DNA of 64,000 nucleotides from NCBI GenBank assembly GCA_000165345.1, contig CM000430.1, positions 736,001 to 800,000 of the forward strand, read 5' to 3'. Shown piece by piece: positions 53,694 to 64,000 of this stretch (position 1 is its first letter; each line of letters starts with the position of its first letter). The notes under the pieces were generated by a model. It saw only the letters and a program-made list of their open reading frames with translations, ran no database searches and was not told where the DNA came from. The position numbers and the translations under genes were made by a program.

Positions 53694-53720
53694 ATGGAAG
53701 AGGATCATCTGATAGAAAAG
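53694..53720 (+). CDS. Karyopherin-like gene, 27-nt first exon (MEEDHLIEK)
   Basis: ATGGAAGAGGATCATCTGATAGAAAAG is immediately followed by GTGAGT. A 67-nt AT-rich intron (53721..53787) has a CTGAC branch-like site and a tttAG acceptor abutting in-frame ATT at 53788. An in-frame TAG at 53785-53787 is the acceptor. Confidence 0.45.
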
Positions 53721-53787
53721 GTGAGTAAAAAATCCAAATTTCAGGTAATAATTGAACAGAAATATGAATTTAATTAACTGACTTTAG

Positions 53788-56700
53788 ATTATCTCAAGTA
53801 TTAAAATAACTTTGGATCCAAATAGAAGCTCAGTGAATAATTCTTTAAATTATGAAGGCGATATATGTGGGGTCAGTGAGAGATCTCAATCAGAATATTT
53901 CTTAGATAAAATATGCGATCAAGAGAATCTGAGAATAGATGAACTTGTATTTGAGGTACTAAAATCTGCAAAATTGAAAAGGAAAAGTGGACTTATTGGG
54001 GATGATTTACAACATGGAGTGGAATTTATTAGTTTATCAATTTTGGATAAGTTTGTAATTAGAAGATGGGTACAACTGAGAGATGAAGATAGATCCCGAG
54101 TAAGAAATAAGCTTTTAGAGATTTCAGTTTATGGAATAGACAATATAGATGATGATATGATTCTTGTGAGTTCTTCATTTGCTTTAAGAAAACTTTGTTG
54201 CACCTTTAGCAGGGTAATAATTCAGGATTACTTTACATCTTGGAAAGTATTTATGGAGTCTATTTTAGACTATAGAAGCAGAATAATTAGCCTTGATAAA
54301 CCTGGAGTAGTAATATTAAGTAGTGGTATCTTTTTAAGAAATAGGAATATTTCAAATTTAACAAGATTGGTTTTAGGTATAACAAAAGAGATTTCGGAGA
54401 CTTTATTAATTAATAACTCAAATATAAATGAATTAAACTCAAAGATGAGAGCTTCTTGTACAAATGGACTTTGTGGTGAAATTGAGCCAATATTACGTAT
54501 AATTAGTACTGAACTTCAGAATGCATGTAATTTGAAAGGAAATAGAGAAATGATGAATTTTGATATTTCTCTAGTAAAGCAGAGTTTGGATTGTTTGAAG
54601 AACTTAACAAACATAATAGATTCTGGAAAGTTGTTGAATTTGAGATTGGATGATTTATTAATAATGTTACATAATACTGGAATATTAGAAAATGATGAAG
54701 AAATCTTAGATCTTTTAGATTCTCTTGTACAGAATTTGACAAAAAATAAAAAAGGACTAGTTTTTATTTTAGATTACCAAGATTTGAATAGATTTGTACT
54801 TGGAGTTTCAAACTTAGTCAAAAAAACAGTTTTATCGCCAAAGTTATTTTTAGAAGACCCAGATTATGATACAAGCTTGACTCATTTGAATTGGATAAAA
54901 TTATTTAAAGATCTTATTGAAGGTTGTATTCCAGCAGTACTAAGAATTCCAGACAATATAATTTTAGAGACCTCAAATAATAAGATGAATACAATTACTT
55001 TGATTTGGAAGATTGCTTTAATACTTTGCATGCATCCATATATTTCAGTTTGTGATCTAGCAATTTCCACTCTTTGCCAAATTTCAAGGATTCTTGCAAA
55101 AGATTTCCCAAAAAATTTGTCAAAAGATGGTTCTAAATACATTCAATTGGTGAAAGATTTTCAAATTGATGTTTTGTTAGTAGTTATATTTGTAAGATCA
55201 GTTCGTATTGGAGACCCAAAAATTAACTATTTGACAGATGAATGGAATCAATGGAATTCTTTAATCTTGAATATGATCTTCAATTCTATAGAAAAACTCG
55301 ATTCTGAATCTTTTAATATTCTCTTCCATTTTAAAAATCAGTCATACAACTTTTTTTTAATAACTTCCAAGTATTTTAAACTTCTAGATCAGTACAATAT
55401 TTCTGATTCTTCTCATATTAAAGTTTTTTGTGATTTTGAAACATCAGAAAATACGCAAATCTCAAAAAATAATAATATGATAGGATCATCCTTCAACAAC
55501 TCATATAGCTCTTTAAGAAATAGAATAATTCAACTGGTAAATTCTCTTGTGGATTTTGGACAAGGAATACTTCTGGACCAACTTTTGGAAACCTGTCTTA
55601 ATATTGCAATGTTTATTTTCAGCTCACAACCTTTTAATATAAGATGTAAGAAACATTTGACTTTACAAAATTCTTACAATAATTCTCCTCAAACAGTGTG
55701 TCAAAAGTTGGTTATAGTCGATGGAATATTTATTATACTTGAAACAATTCTCTGTAGAATCAACTCTAAAATTCTTGATAATATTGAAAGTGATAAATTT
55801 TTAGATTCCGATACCCAGTGTGGGGCTGGCGCCTCGTCATTTTTTGATTTGTTAAACCAAAATACAGAATATAAAGAACAAAAAATATGGATTTCATCAC
55901 TGTTTAAATTAATGAATGGTATTTTACAGCTTTCTTTGCTTGATTTATGTGGGAGCTTCTTGGAATCTAGACGACTTATTTTTATTTCTCAAACTGTAAT
56001 GTGTATAGAGTGGTATCAGGAATTATACAAGAATTCAAGTTCTTCCATGATTAAAAGCGATGAGATTTTGAAAATTTATCTGTCTTACTTATTAGATTCT
56101 GGAGGAATAAGAATTCATGAATTAAGAAAAACAGCATCAAATTGTTTATCAAGAATCCTTTTAAGCCATCCAAAATTATTTGAGAAAAATCTTTTACTGA
56201 TTATTCAATTAATTAATGAAAATCTGAATAATTCTTGTACTTGTTTTGAAGAGAAGACTGTCTTGAATTCTGTATTAATAGCTGCTACAAATGCATTAGG
56301 GGACTTTAGCAAGATTTCAGAAAGTTGCGAAATGACTTCAAAAGCAGCTTTTAGTATGATTTCAAGAGATTCATTTCATTTCTCAAATCAAGAGGAATTA
56401 TTAGAATTCTTATTTAAAGATCTTATTGAATCTGTGAAGATGTCTAAGGAACCAATTGAATCAAATTGGAAGAATTTGATACTATTAAAGAATTCTTTAA
56501 CTTTATTATCCTCTATATTTGGAAATGTTAAATTACCAGAAGATTTTTTAACTCTGAAAAATGGAGGATTTCTTAAAGAGGAAAATTCTCATTTTATTTT
56601 AAGACATCCTTTGGAAAATGTTTCAAGACAAATCTTTGAAACAATATGCTTAATTAATTTGACCTTTTTACAGATTTGTGATAGCCATTTACATACTAAT

Positions 56701-58560
56701 ATAACCAATAATAAATCCCAATTGGAAGAATTGAATATAATTTCTCTTTTCAACGCCATCTCAGATCAAGAATGGATGCATAGGAGTGGTATTAAGAATC
56801 AATCTGATAACAAGATTATTAAACTGTCTCAGATTACTAGTTATAAGATGATTTTTTATAATAGCCTTTTTCAAATCAGAAGAATTACTTTTTCAATTAG
56901 AAATCTTTTAATAAGATTACTAGTATTCACATTTACACTTGGTACTTATAAAGATATCTTTAATGATCAAAGTAATAAGATGATTTTAAATCCAGGACAG
57001 TATTTTGATGAAGTTAATGTTAATCTGCTTATAAAGACATTGATAGATCCAATCAGATCTTTACCAATTAATATTCTAAATTTTATTATTAAAAATGGTT
57101 TGGCTATTATTCTTTCTCCTCAATCGCTTCCAAGATTTCAAGATGGTCATCCCACGGATATATTTTTAGAAGAGGTATTTTCCAATAGATTTGTCCCTAT
57201 AGTACTTGATAGACTTAAGTCTGAGTGGCAAAATTTAATGATTTCACAAGCATTCATATTATCTTCATCCATTTCAGAATTAAAAAATTTAAACTTGGAA
57301 AATATATCTTCATCAATAATACCTTTTCAAGATCCATTTAAAGTATTATTAAATTTAAATTTTGATAATAATGAATTCCAAAATAATATAATCCAAGATA
57401 ACTCTCTTTATAATGTTATCTACAATTCTCATTATAATGATTTATCAGAAACTTGTTTAACCATTTTAAAGATTATAAATGGATTCATTCTAAGTACAAA
57501 CCGTCAATGGCAAACAAACTTTAAATCAAAAACTGGGTCCAAGTTAATTAATTATCCAAATAAAATTAAATCATTATCTAATAATAATGAAGATTTTCAA
57601 ATGGATAGTAGTTTTAGTGGATACCAATATAATCAAAATCAATATTATGAAGATCATGAATTTCAAGATTCAATTTTAATGGATTGTGAAGATTCAGGAA
57701 ATCATTCTTCACAAAAAAACAAAGTGCAACCAAAGCATGTTGTATTGTCCCAAGTTTTTCTTTTAAATCAAAATCTGATGAGATCTTGCTTGGAAATATT
57801 GATCGAATTTTTAAGCTTTCCAGATCCAAATATTTTAGAGACTTCATTACATATAATTCAAAGGTACCTTCAACTATATATTAACTTTACAAATCAAGGA
57901 ATCCATTCAAAATACTCTCATATACATGTTTTTTTAATTAAAAATCTTCTAATTCAACTTTTTAAAGTAGGGCCCAGAGCATTACCATTTGATCCACTTA
58001 ACCTTTCTCCAAGCAAGAATGATAATATAAAAATAGTAACTCCTTTAAACTCTTATATCAAGTTAAACCATCCAAATTTACTTAAAAATACTATTATTGA
58101 TTGCATTCAGAGCATTATTAGATCAGACCAAGACTGCCTAAATTTCATAAATAATACAAAAAATGAGCTCAGTAAAGACTTGAGTAATAATATTTTAACC
58201 TGCAGAAATTTATCTTCGTCCAATTCTATGACTTATAATAACTTTTTTCCAGAACAACAGATATCAATTCCAGATAAAATCTTGGAAAATGCTTATAAAA
58301 ACTTGGAATTTCTATTCTCAAATTCTAATGAGTATTTACCTTCTGGATCAGAAAGGATATTTTCTCAACAAGATTTAATCCTTATATGTAAGACTTTTCT
58401 TCAAGAACATATTATGGATATAGTCTTCTCTACTCAAACTCCTATATTTAGTGCTTTAATTGGAAATATCCTCCAAAAACTCAGTCAAATATCGTCTCAG
58501 AATGAGCAAAATCCATATATCAACTTTACCACGTTTATCAAGCCAACTTTCCTTCAGTAA
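53788..58560 (+). CDS. Large alpha-helical (HEAT/ARM) repeat protein, importin-beta/exportin-like
   Basis: ORF-track start 53812 is TTG, not ATG; the frame is open back to the acceptor at 53788. The N-terminus (LSILDKFVIRRWVQLRDEDRSRVRNKLLEISV) resembles the importin-beta N-terminal domain pattern. The 1582-aa body is Leu-rich helical repeat. Family assignment is tentative. Confidence 0.5.
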   Translation: MISSIKITLDPNRSSVNNSLNYEGDICGVSERSQSEYFLDKICDQENLRIDELVFEVLKSAKLKRKSGLIGDDLQHGVEFISLSILDKFVIRRWVQLRDEDRSRVRNKLLEISVYGIDNIDDDMILVSSSFALRKLCCTFSRVIIQDYFTSWKVFMESILDYRSRIISLDKPGVVILSSGIFLRNRNISNLTRLVLGITKEISETLLINNSNINELNSKMRASCTNGLCGEIEPILRIISTELQNACNLKGNREMMNFDISLVKQSLDCLKNLTNIIDSGKLLNLRLDDLLIMLHNTGILENDEEILDLLDSLVQNLTKNKKGLVFILDYQDLNRFVLGVSNLVKKTVLSPKLFLEDPDYDTSLTHLNWIKLFKDLIEGCIPAVLRIPDNIILETSNNKMNTITLIWKIALILCMHPYISVCDLAISTLCQISRILAKDFPKNLSKDGSKYIQLVKDFQIDVLLVVIFVRSVRIGDPKINYLTDEWNQWNSLILNMIFNSIEKLDSESFNILFHFKNQSYNFFLITSKYFKLLDQYNISDSSHIKVFCDFETSENTQISKNNNMIGSSFNNSYSSLRNRIIQLVNSLVDFGQGILLDQLLETCLNIAMFIFSSQPFNIRCKKHLTLQNSYNNSPQTVCQKLVIVDGIFIILETILCRINSKILDNIESDKFLDSDTQCGAGASSFFDLLNQNTEYKEQKIWISSLFKLMNGILQLSLLDLCGSFLESRRLIFISQTVMCIEWYQELYKNSSSSMIKSDEILKIYLSYLLDSGGIRIHELRKTASNCLSRILLSHPKLFEKNLLLIIQLINENLNNSCTCFEEKTVLNSVLIAATNALGDFSKISESCEMTSKAAFSMISRDSFHFSNQEELLEFLFKDLIESVKMSKEPIESNWKNLILLKNSLTLLSSIFGNVKLPEDFLTLKNGGFLKEENSHFILRHPLENVSRQIFETICLINLTFLQICDSHLHTNITNNKSQLEELNIISLFNAISDQEWMHRSGIKNQSDNKIIKLSQITSYKMIFYNSLFQIRRITFSIRNLLIRLLVFTFTLGTYKDIFNDQSNKMILNPGQYFDEVNVNLLIKTLIDPIRSLPINILNFIIKNGLAIILSPQSLPRFQDGHPTDIFLEEVFSNRFVPIVLDRLKSEWQNLMISQAFILSSSISELKNLNLENISSSIIPFQDPFKVLLNLNFDNNEFQNNIIQDNSLYNVIYNSHYNDLSETCLTILKIINGFILSTNRQWQTNFKSKTGSKLINYPNKIKSLSNNNEDFQMDSSFSGYQYNQNQYYEDHEFQDSILMDCEDSGNHSSQKNKVQPKHVVLSQVFLLNQNLMRSCLEILIEFLSFPDPNILETSLHIIQRYLQLYINFTNQGIHSKYSHIHVFLIKNLLIQLFKVGPRALPFDPLNLSPSKNDNIKIVTPLNSYIKLNHPNLLKNTIIDCIQSIIRSDQDCLNFINNTKNELSKDLSNNILTCRNLSSSNSMTYNNFFPEQQISIPDKILENAYKNLEFLFSNSNEYLPSGSERIFSQQDLILICKTFLQEHIMDIVFSTQTPIFSALIGNILQKLSQISSQNEQNPYINFTTFIKPTFLQ

Positions 58561-58591
58561 TTATTAACAAAATACCTCTTCTTAATACTTT

Positions 58592-59796
58592 CTATTTTAA
58601 TTCATTATTTAAAATCTTTCCGAACTTAAGCAATGCAAGCTTTGAGTTTCCTGTTGATTCTGAAATTAAAAAGCCTCCAACATCTGCATATATTGGATGC
58701 CCTCTAACCGAAAGTAAACTATAATCCTTTTTTTCATTATCTAACTCGTTTTCTTCTTCATTGATTGAAGTCTGATGTATCCTAATATTATTTCCTTCAG
58801 CTACACTCGTTTCTTCAATTTGAGTTATTTGGCTCGAACTTGTTGAGTCTACTTCCCCCTCAATCTCTCTCTCAATACGTGTATTAGAATGAATTACTTC
58901 ATTTCTATTCACATTACTTTCAGTAAATGTATGAACCACTGGATAAGAGCGAGTGGGAGATTTTCTTTTATACCCCTCCTCATATTGTGAACTAAGCATG
59001 TGAAAGTATCCAAACTTTAATTTAGGAGATAGACTTTCAGTATCAAAAATTCGAACATATTTATCCTTGGTATTGATTGATAAAACCAAATCCCCATTGG
59101 AGTTGTAAACCGACCTTCGATAGCTTTGGGAATCCCTCAAAGTTGGAATATTAAAACCTCTGCCCCCATTGCCATGATTAGTTTCTTTTAACCTTAAATC
59201 TAACTGCTTAAGATAATCATCCACTCCACTTATTACCATCTTGAGGTCATCTTTTGGAGAGAAGCATGACATAATTGCCATACATGGTAACTCGAATTTT
59301 ATAATAGGATTGTTTCCATTGATTTTCTGCCTTAAGTCCCATAACTTGCAGCTTGAGTCAAAAGATGCAGTAGAAAATATCTGTGGATGATAATTTGCAA
59401 ATCTTACAATATTAATATGCGACATGTGCATACTTGGTAGAATTTTTACCTGAGATCCAGTATTTGTATCATACAAACCAACGGATTTACCGAATCCACT
59501 TGCTAAGTAATAATCATCTGTAGCATTTACCGAAAGTGAGCTTAATTGAGGAAATGGTTTACTCTTATTTTCAGTATTAAATAAATACGGAAATTTGTCT
59601 TCTTGCTTATCTTGATCAACTTTTCTATTGCTTTGAAAATTGTTATTCTGGTCTTGAAGGTAATCTATAGGCTGATAAAATGGATTTTCTTTATAACTTA
59701 AAATTGAAATTGTACCCAATAAACAACTTCCTGCTACAAATGTTTGTGGATGGCAATTGAACCAAGATAAACCAATAATAGGGCTTAAAGAAATTC
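58592..59796 (-). CDS. WD40-repeat protein, 5' end unresolved
   Basis: WD-like blades (SCKLWDLRQ; LSWFNCHPQTFVAGS). ORF-track start 59719 is TTG. The frame stays open to a TAA at 59870-59872 with no ATG. A polypyrimidine tract plus cgcttttAG acceptor sits at about 59797-59798 on the minus strand, so an upstream ATG exon is expected but I could not place it. Confidence 0.45.
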
Positions 59797-60312
59797 CTAA
59801 AAGCGTTTTAAGAGGGAAGAAAAAAGTTTCAGTTAATTTCGAATTTTTTGTTTTTTCGAAGAATCTTAATTACGGAATATAACATAAATATGTTATAAAA
59901 GAAATATTTTTCTTTCTTTACGCTTGATATAATTACAACATTTAATTCTTTATTATATTTAATTCATCCAAATATGTTATTATAAATGGCAATTGCAAAC
60001 CTGCCTTGCTTGCATGCAATACATTACATGAATTTTGCAATACAGTAACAGCAGTGTATTAAGTTTGCTTGCATGCAAATTGAAAATGCTAAAGTGGATT
60101 TGTTTTGACCACTGTACTATTTTTATGCATGCAATTTTATTAATGCCACGTGTATATATTACACGTAATTAATATCTGGAGAATAAATGAATACCAAATA
60201 ACTAAATATAGTATTTTTCATCAAGGTAAAAATAATGGTTCATACAAATATATTAAACTAATATATTTGCATGAATATTTATTTCAAACCGTATATGATT
60301 TCTTCTCGACAA

Positions 60313-63183
60313 TTAAGTAAACTTACCTTGTTCAGCCAAAATAACGTCATTATATCTATCAATCAATTTAACCTTTCCCAAAGAAGTTCCAATTAAGATT
60401 ATATCTGACCTATCAGAGTGAAATTCAAACTGCCTAGTATCTTGCGAACTCTGTAATAATGTGAATTTATATTGATTTTTAATTATGAGATCTTCTTTAA
60501 AACTGTCATCAAGCCTAGTATTTTCTGAATTTGAGATGGAGTCGAAATACAAAGTGTTTTGAATAGGTTGTGAATCAAAGCTTAAAAATCTTGAGCTAAT
60601 ATCACCATAAAATTTCCCAACTATTAAGTCTTTGTAAATTTCGTTTGTATTTTTTATTAAGCTTTTTAAACAAAAATTATCTTTTGATTCAGGATTTTGT
60701 AATGAAATATCGCCAGAGTATTCTTTATGATCTTTAAACCTATTTAGTTCTCTATATAAAGTGATTATTCTACACTTTGAAAACTTCACAGTAGAATTTA
60801 ACATGTGGCCTTCCAATGATGAGAATGATGAAAATGAAGGCATTGTTGACATATTTGAAATACCTGAAAAGGATCTCTGTATTATAAATTGATTCTCAAG
60901 TGATTCATTCGTATTGTCAATATTACTTTTCAATACAAAATCATGCTCTTCTTCAACTTTTATTGGCAAAAAACTGATTTTTGACAATCTTAAACCATCT
61001 GAAGACCAGCTAATAGGAATTATAAATTCTTTATGTATCTTAAACTGTTCTTTAAGATCCTCATAAATTTCTTCCGTTCCAATTTGTTTAATTTCCGCTT
61101 TAATTTTCTCACCATTAACAAAAAAGAAATTCTTTGATAAGCTACCGAGTAGATCCCCAGAATAAGACTTTAATTTACTCAAAATCTTTTCATTTTTTGT
61201 CAAATTCTCTCCATAAACTTTTTTCCCCATCTCCTTCTCCTGCAAAAATATCTCGCTACTATCTTCATTTTCCTCATTTTCGTAATCGCTCAGCTTCCTC
61301 CATCCTATGCCTTTTAATATGAAGATATTATAACAATGTTCATCTTTAAAACCATCACAAATAACTCCGTCCAAGTTTGCTTTTATCAAATAAATTAAAT
61401 CGGCCATACACGCTTCTTCTTTATTTAAAGTTATATATCTTCTATTAATCTGTCTCTCTAAGCCTTGAGGATTCTGAATTATATTTAATATTAACTCCAA
61501 ATTAGCTTTGGGAGCAATACTAAGAGGTAAATTATCACTTGAAAGTGAAGAATTTTGCAATGAAGAGAATATACCCGAATTAAAATTCCTTATGTCTTGT
61601 AAATTTGATCTATTAGGATTGTAATACCAAGTACATCCCAAGAGAGTCTTTGGATATTCACACCAACATGAGTAACTTTGATCATTATCGAATGCTGAGT
61701 CTTGCAAGTTAATACTAGTTGCAAACATATTAAATATTATAGAATTTGAACATAACATTTTAAAATACTGTCTTATATTCTGAAACTCCAAATTACATGT
61801 TCTATTAATTACTGAACATGGGGTTGTGCAATTTACCGGACTATGAGTTAAATTCATATTTGAATAGTAGTCATTAACAGCTCCAAATCTAATCTCGCCT
61901 TTTACACCCTTTTGATCTTTATGCATCTGGCTCAACACCTCAGAGAAAAGTTGAAAACCCTCATTGTTTGGAATTCCCACTTGTTTAAATGCTGAAATAG
62001 ATCTTGGAGTTAAGGATGTTGTCCAGTTTGGGTTGCTGGCGTAAGAAATAAATGCATTAGCTATTGTGACAAACTCTATGGAACTTGAAGCTACTTTATA
62101 CATGATCCCACCATCATCTCTATCTTCCTCCTCTTCCTCTATCTTCTCCTCTTCCAGTATCCCTAAATTTGTTCCTTCCATCTTTGACTGAGTTATGATC
62201 TTTGAATAATTACCTAGGAACGACTTCCTATGAATATTTATTGGAAGTTGTAGCTTTTTGCTCCCCAGTAAATTGTCATTATCACATTTAGGATTAGGTA
62301 TATCGACTACATTTACCATATGTACAAGCTCCTTTGGTAGCTCTAAAAGATATCTACCATGTGAATTAGGCTCAGAGCTAATAATATTCCCAATTCGCCC
62401 TCCTATCAAAATCTCTCGAATCCTAATTGGACATGGAAGCCGAATAAAATGTCTGCATGTATGTAAAGTTGATAAATACTTAATCTTCTTTGCAAAATCA
62501 AAAATTCGACTAATTACTGTATCCTCCATATCTTGATATATCTTTGGGTCAATCTTAACTGAAGTTATTGGAGTCATTATATCTATGCACGTACCAATCC
62601 TTAACCAGAAAATATGATTTGGATCTTCATTTAGTATATTCATGTAAAATACCAACCTCCAATTCACTAATTCTGTTGCAAGTGAAATATCCAATCTTAT
62701 ATTTTCCAATTCGCTATTATCCAACTCTGATACTGGCTTTTTTCCTTGATTTAATGTTATTTTATGATTGTTCTCATCCCACCAATTGTACTCCAATATC
62801 TTAAGAAAGTTATCCTCGTTCCCAAACTCTATAGAGTAAGCTTCTACTTCCTCTATAGGCATATGCGTATTTCTCTTACTATTTAGATTTTTTATTATGT
62901 TATTCCCATTTCTTTCAAACCGATAATCTCCCAAATCATCCCTTTTATTAGCTGGAATTTGTTGAGCATTTTCAAAACACCATTTTTTCCCTTTTTTGTT
63001 TTGTACAAAACCAAATTTATGGCAGTAGAATCTCCATATTATTGGGTTATTGTGTATTGTTAAATATGCAGAATTGCATGTTAAACTCAGACTAATTGTA
63101 TCTTTTGGTTCCAAAAAATAACATATTCCCATAATTATCTCCTTAGGAATTTTAAGAAGTGTTGGAGCTATTGCAAAAGCCAT
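60313..63183 (-). CDS. F-box domain protein (956 aa)
   Basis: ATG at 63181-63183. The N-terminal IPKEIIMGICYFLEPKDTISLSLTCNSAYLTIHNNPIIWR fits the F-box consensus (LPxEIL..I...L...DL.....VCK.W..L......LW). The rest has no recognised domain. Confidence 0.6.
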   Translation of the reverse strand: MAFAIAPTLLKIPKEIIMGICYFLEPKDTISLSLTCNSAYLTIHNNPIIWRFYCHKFGFVQNKKGKKWCFENAQQIPANKRDDLGDYRFERNGNNIIKNLNSKRNTHMPIEEVEAYSIEFGNEDNFLKILEYNWWDENNHKITLNQGKKPVSELDNSELENIRLDISLATELVNWRLVFYMNILNEDPNHIFWLRIGTCIDIMTPITSVKIDPKIYQDMEDTVISRIFDFAKKIKYLSTLHTCRHFIRLPCPIRIREILIGGRIGNIISSEPNSHGRYLLELPKELVHMVNVVDIPNPKCDNDNLLGSKKLQLPINIHRKSFLGNYSKIITQSKMEGTNLGILEEEKIEEEEEDRDDGGIMYKVASSSIEFVTIANAFISYASNPNWTTSLTPRSISAFKQVGIPNNEGFQLFSEVLSQMHKDQKGVKGEIRFGAVNDYYSNMNLTHSPVNCTTPCSVINRTCNLEFQNIRQYFKMLCSNSIIFNMFATSINLQDSAFDNDQSYSCWCEYPKTLLGCTWYYNPNRSNLQDIRNFNSGIFSSLQNSSLSSDNLPLSIAPKANLELILNIIQNPQGLERQINRRYITLNKEEACMADLIYLIKANLDGVICDGFKDEHCYNIFILKGIGWRKLSDYENEENEDSSEIFLQEKEMGKKVYGENLTKNEKILSKLKSYSGDLLGSLSKNFFFVNGEKIKAEIKQIGTEEIYEDLKEQFKIHKEFIIPISWSSDGLRLSKISFLPIKVEEEHDFVLKSNIDNTNESLENQFIIQRSFSGISNMSTMPSFSSFSSLEGHMLNSTVKFSKCRIITLYRELNRFKDHKEYSGDISLQNPESKDNFCLKSLIKNTNEIYKDLIVGKFYGDISSRFLSFDSQPIQNTLYFDSISNSENTRLDDSFKEDLIIKNQYKFTLLQSSQDTRQFEFHSDRSDIILIGTSLGKVKLIDRYNDVILAEQGKFT

Positions 63184-63874
63184 TTTTATTTTATATTCTT
63201 TTTTCTCCTTTTCTTCAATTTCTTCCTTTTCTCTCTATTTCATCTTTATTATCCTTTTATATGTGATATTTGGTATTCTGTGAGGTTAATACTTTCAATT
63301 TCTGATATTATATTTTTGTTTTCTTTTCGTCTTATATATATATGGTCTCGAATTCAGTTATTCCTGAATAAAGCAATATAAATTAATAATTTCTTTATTT
63401 TAGTTCTTAAATGAAGAAGAAAGGAGAGACTAGGATAAACAAATTGTTTATTACTTTACTATTATTTCCAAGGCTTATTTAAAGTTTTCCGCCCCTTTTT
63501 TTTTTGTTAAGACTAGTACATATTTACAGAAACCTATTAAGATAACAAACTCAACTATTTTTGCATGAGTTTATCGTCAATTAAATCAATTCCGAGCAAA
63601 AATCAAGATGCATGCATGTAATACATGCATTGCATTACAAACATTGCATGCATCTTGTATTTGCTGCATTTCTAATCAATTGATAATTATTTATGCAAAA
63701 AAAAATGTTAAAATATTCAACAAATATTAAAACTAATTAGTATCAAATATTTTCTAAAATATATTAGTTTATAAAAAGTGATTTTCTTATTTTTAAAAAA
63801 ACCAATTCTTTTCAACACATTTTTGCCTAATAATTCTTAACACAAAAAAAATAACGCGCTAACTCGAGAAATTG

Positions 63875-63885
63875 AGCGCCAAGTA
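63875..63885. promoter_or_regulatory. E2F-like GAGCGCCAAGT
   Basis: Upstream of the F-box gene. ATACCGGCAC follows at 63931-63940 and GGGGGCGG at 63951. Confidence 0.3.
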
Positions 63886-64000
63886 TTAATAATTGTATTA
63901 TTAATCATGATAAATATTATTAATAATTACATACCGGCACAAGTAGTATGGGGGCGGAAGAAGAGGAAAAAAAATAAAAAAAAATGAGGCTGAGGGGAAA

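Noticed and set aside
60313-60335. Donor-like G|GTAAGTT at the very end of the F-box ORF (…EQGKFT*)
   Set aside because: No convincing downstream acceptor or continuing ORF was found in 59870-60312. Gly-Lys-Phe is an ordinary codon triplet, so this is treated as coincidence, though transcript data could overturn it.

Overview
This 64-kb window is AT-rich eukaryotic nuclear DNA (about 30% GC overall; intergenic regions about 75-80% AT) with few introns and at least 14 protein-coding genes. Most genes are very long single-exon ORFs full of homopolymer and low-complexity tracts (polyQ, polyN, polyS, polyE, RS/RD repeats).

Recognisable genes, left to right:
- A 5'-partial Gly/Ser/Asn/Gln-rich protein that runs off the window start.
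- A GT90/CAP10-like glycosyltransferase on the minus strand, with two introns.
- An SF3B2/SAP145 splicing factor.
- Two tandem paralogous genes encoding signal-peptide + RS/RD-repeat proteins.
- A 2445-aa PHD/PZP chromatin protein.
- A Nup62/Nsp1 FG-nucleoporin.
- A PrsW-family intramembrane protease, convergent with a DusA-type tRNA-dihydrouridine synthase.
- An Asn/Asp-rich protein.
- A 6579-aa protein with a chorein-N-like N-terminus (VPS13-like bridge-like lipid-transfer protein).
- A karyopherin-like HEAT-repeat protein with a 27-nt first exon and a 67-nt intron.
- A WD40 protein with an unresolved 5' end.
- An F-box protein.

Genes alternate between divergent pairs sharing 0.8-1.7 kb promoters and convergent pairs whose stop codons lie only 26-234 bp apart. 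Intergenic regions carry recurrent motifs: E2F-like GGCGCCAA/TTGGCGGGAAA, TGCATGCA, and a YTATACCGGY element, once as an inverted pair. There is one C/D-box snoRNA-like candidate.

No tRNA, rRNA, CRISPR array or transposon was found. Four ORF-track 'M' starts are non-ATG artefacts: 13091 is GTG, and 23287, 53812 and 59719 are TTG. The organism cannot be named from sequence alone. The low-complexity protein style resembles dictyostelid amoebae, while the promoter motif set resembles Cryptosporidium-like apicomplexans. All protein family calls come from recalled motifs, not database searches.
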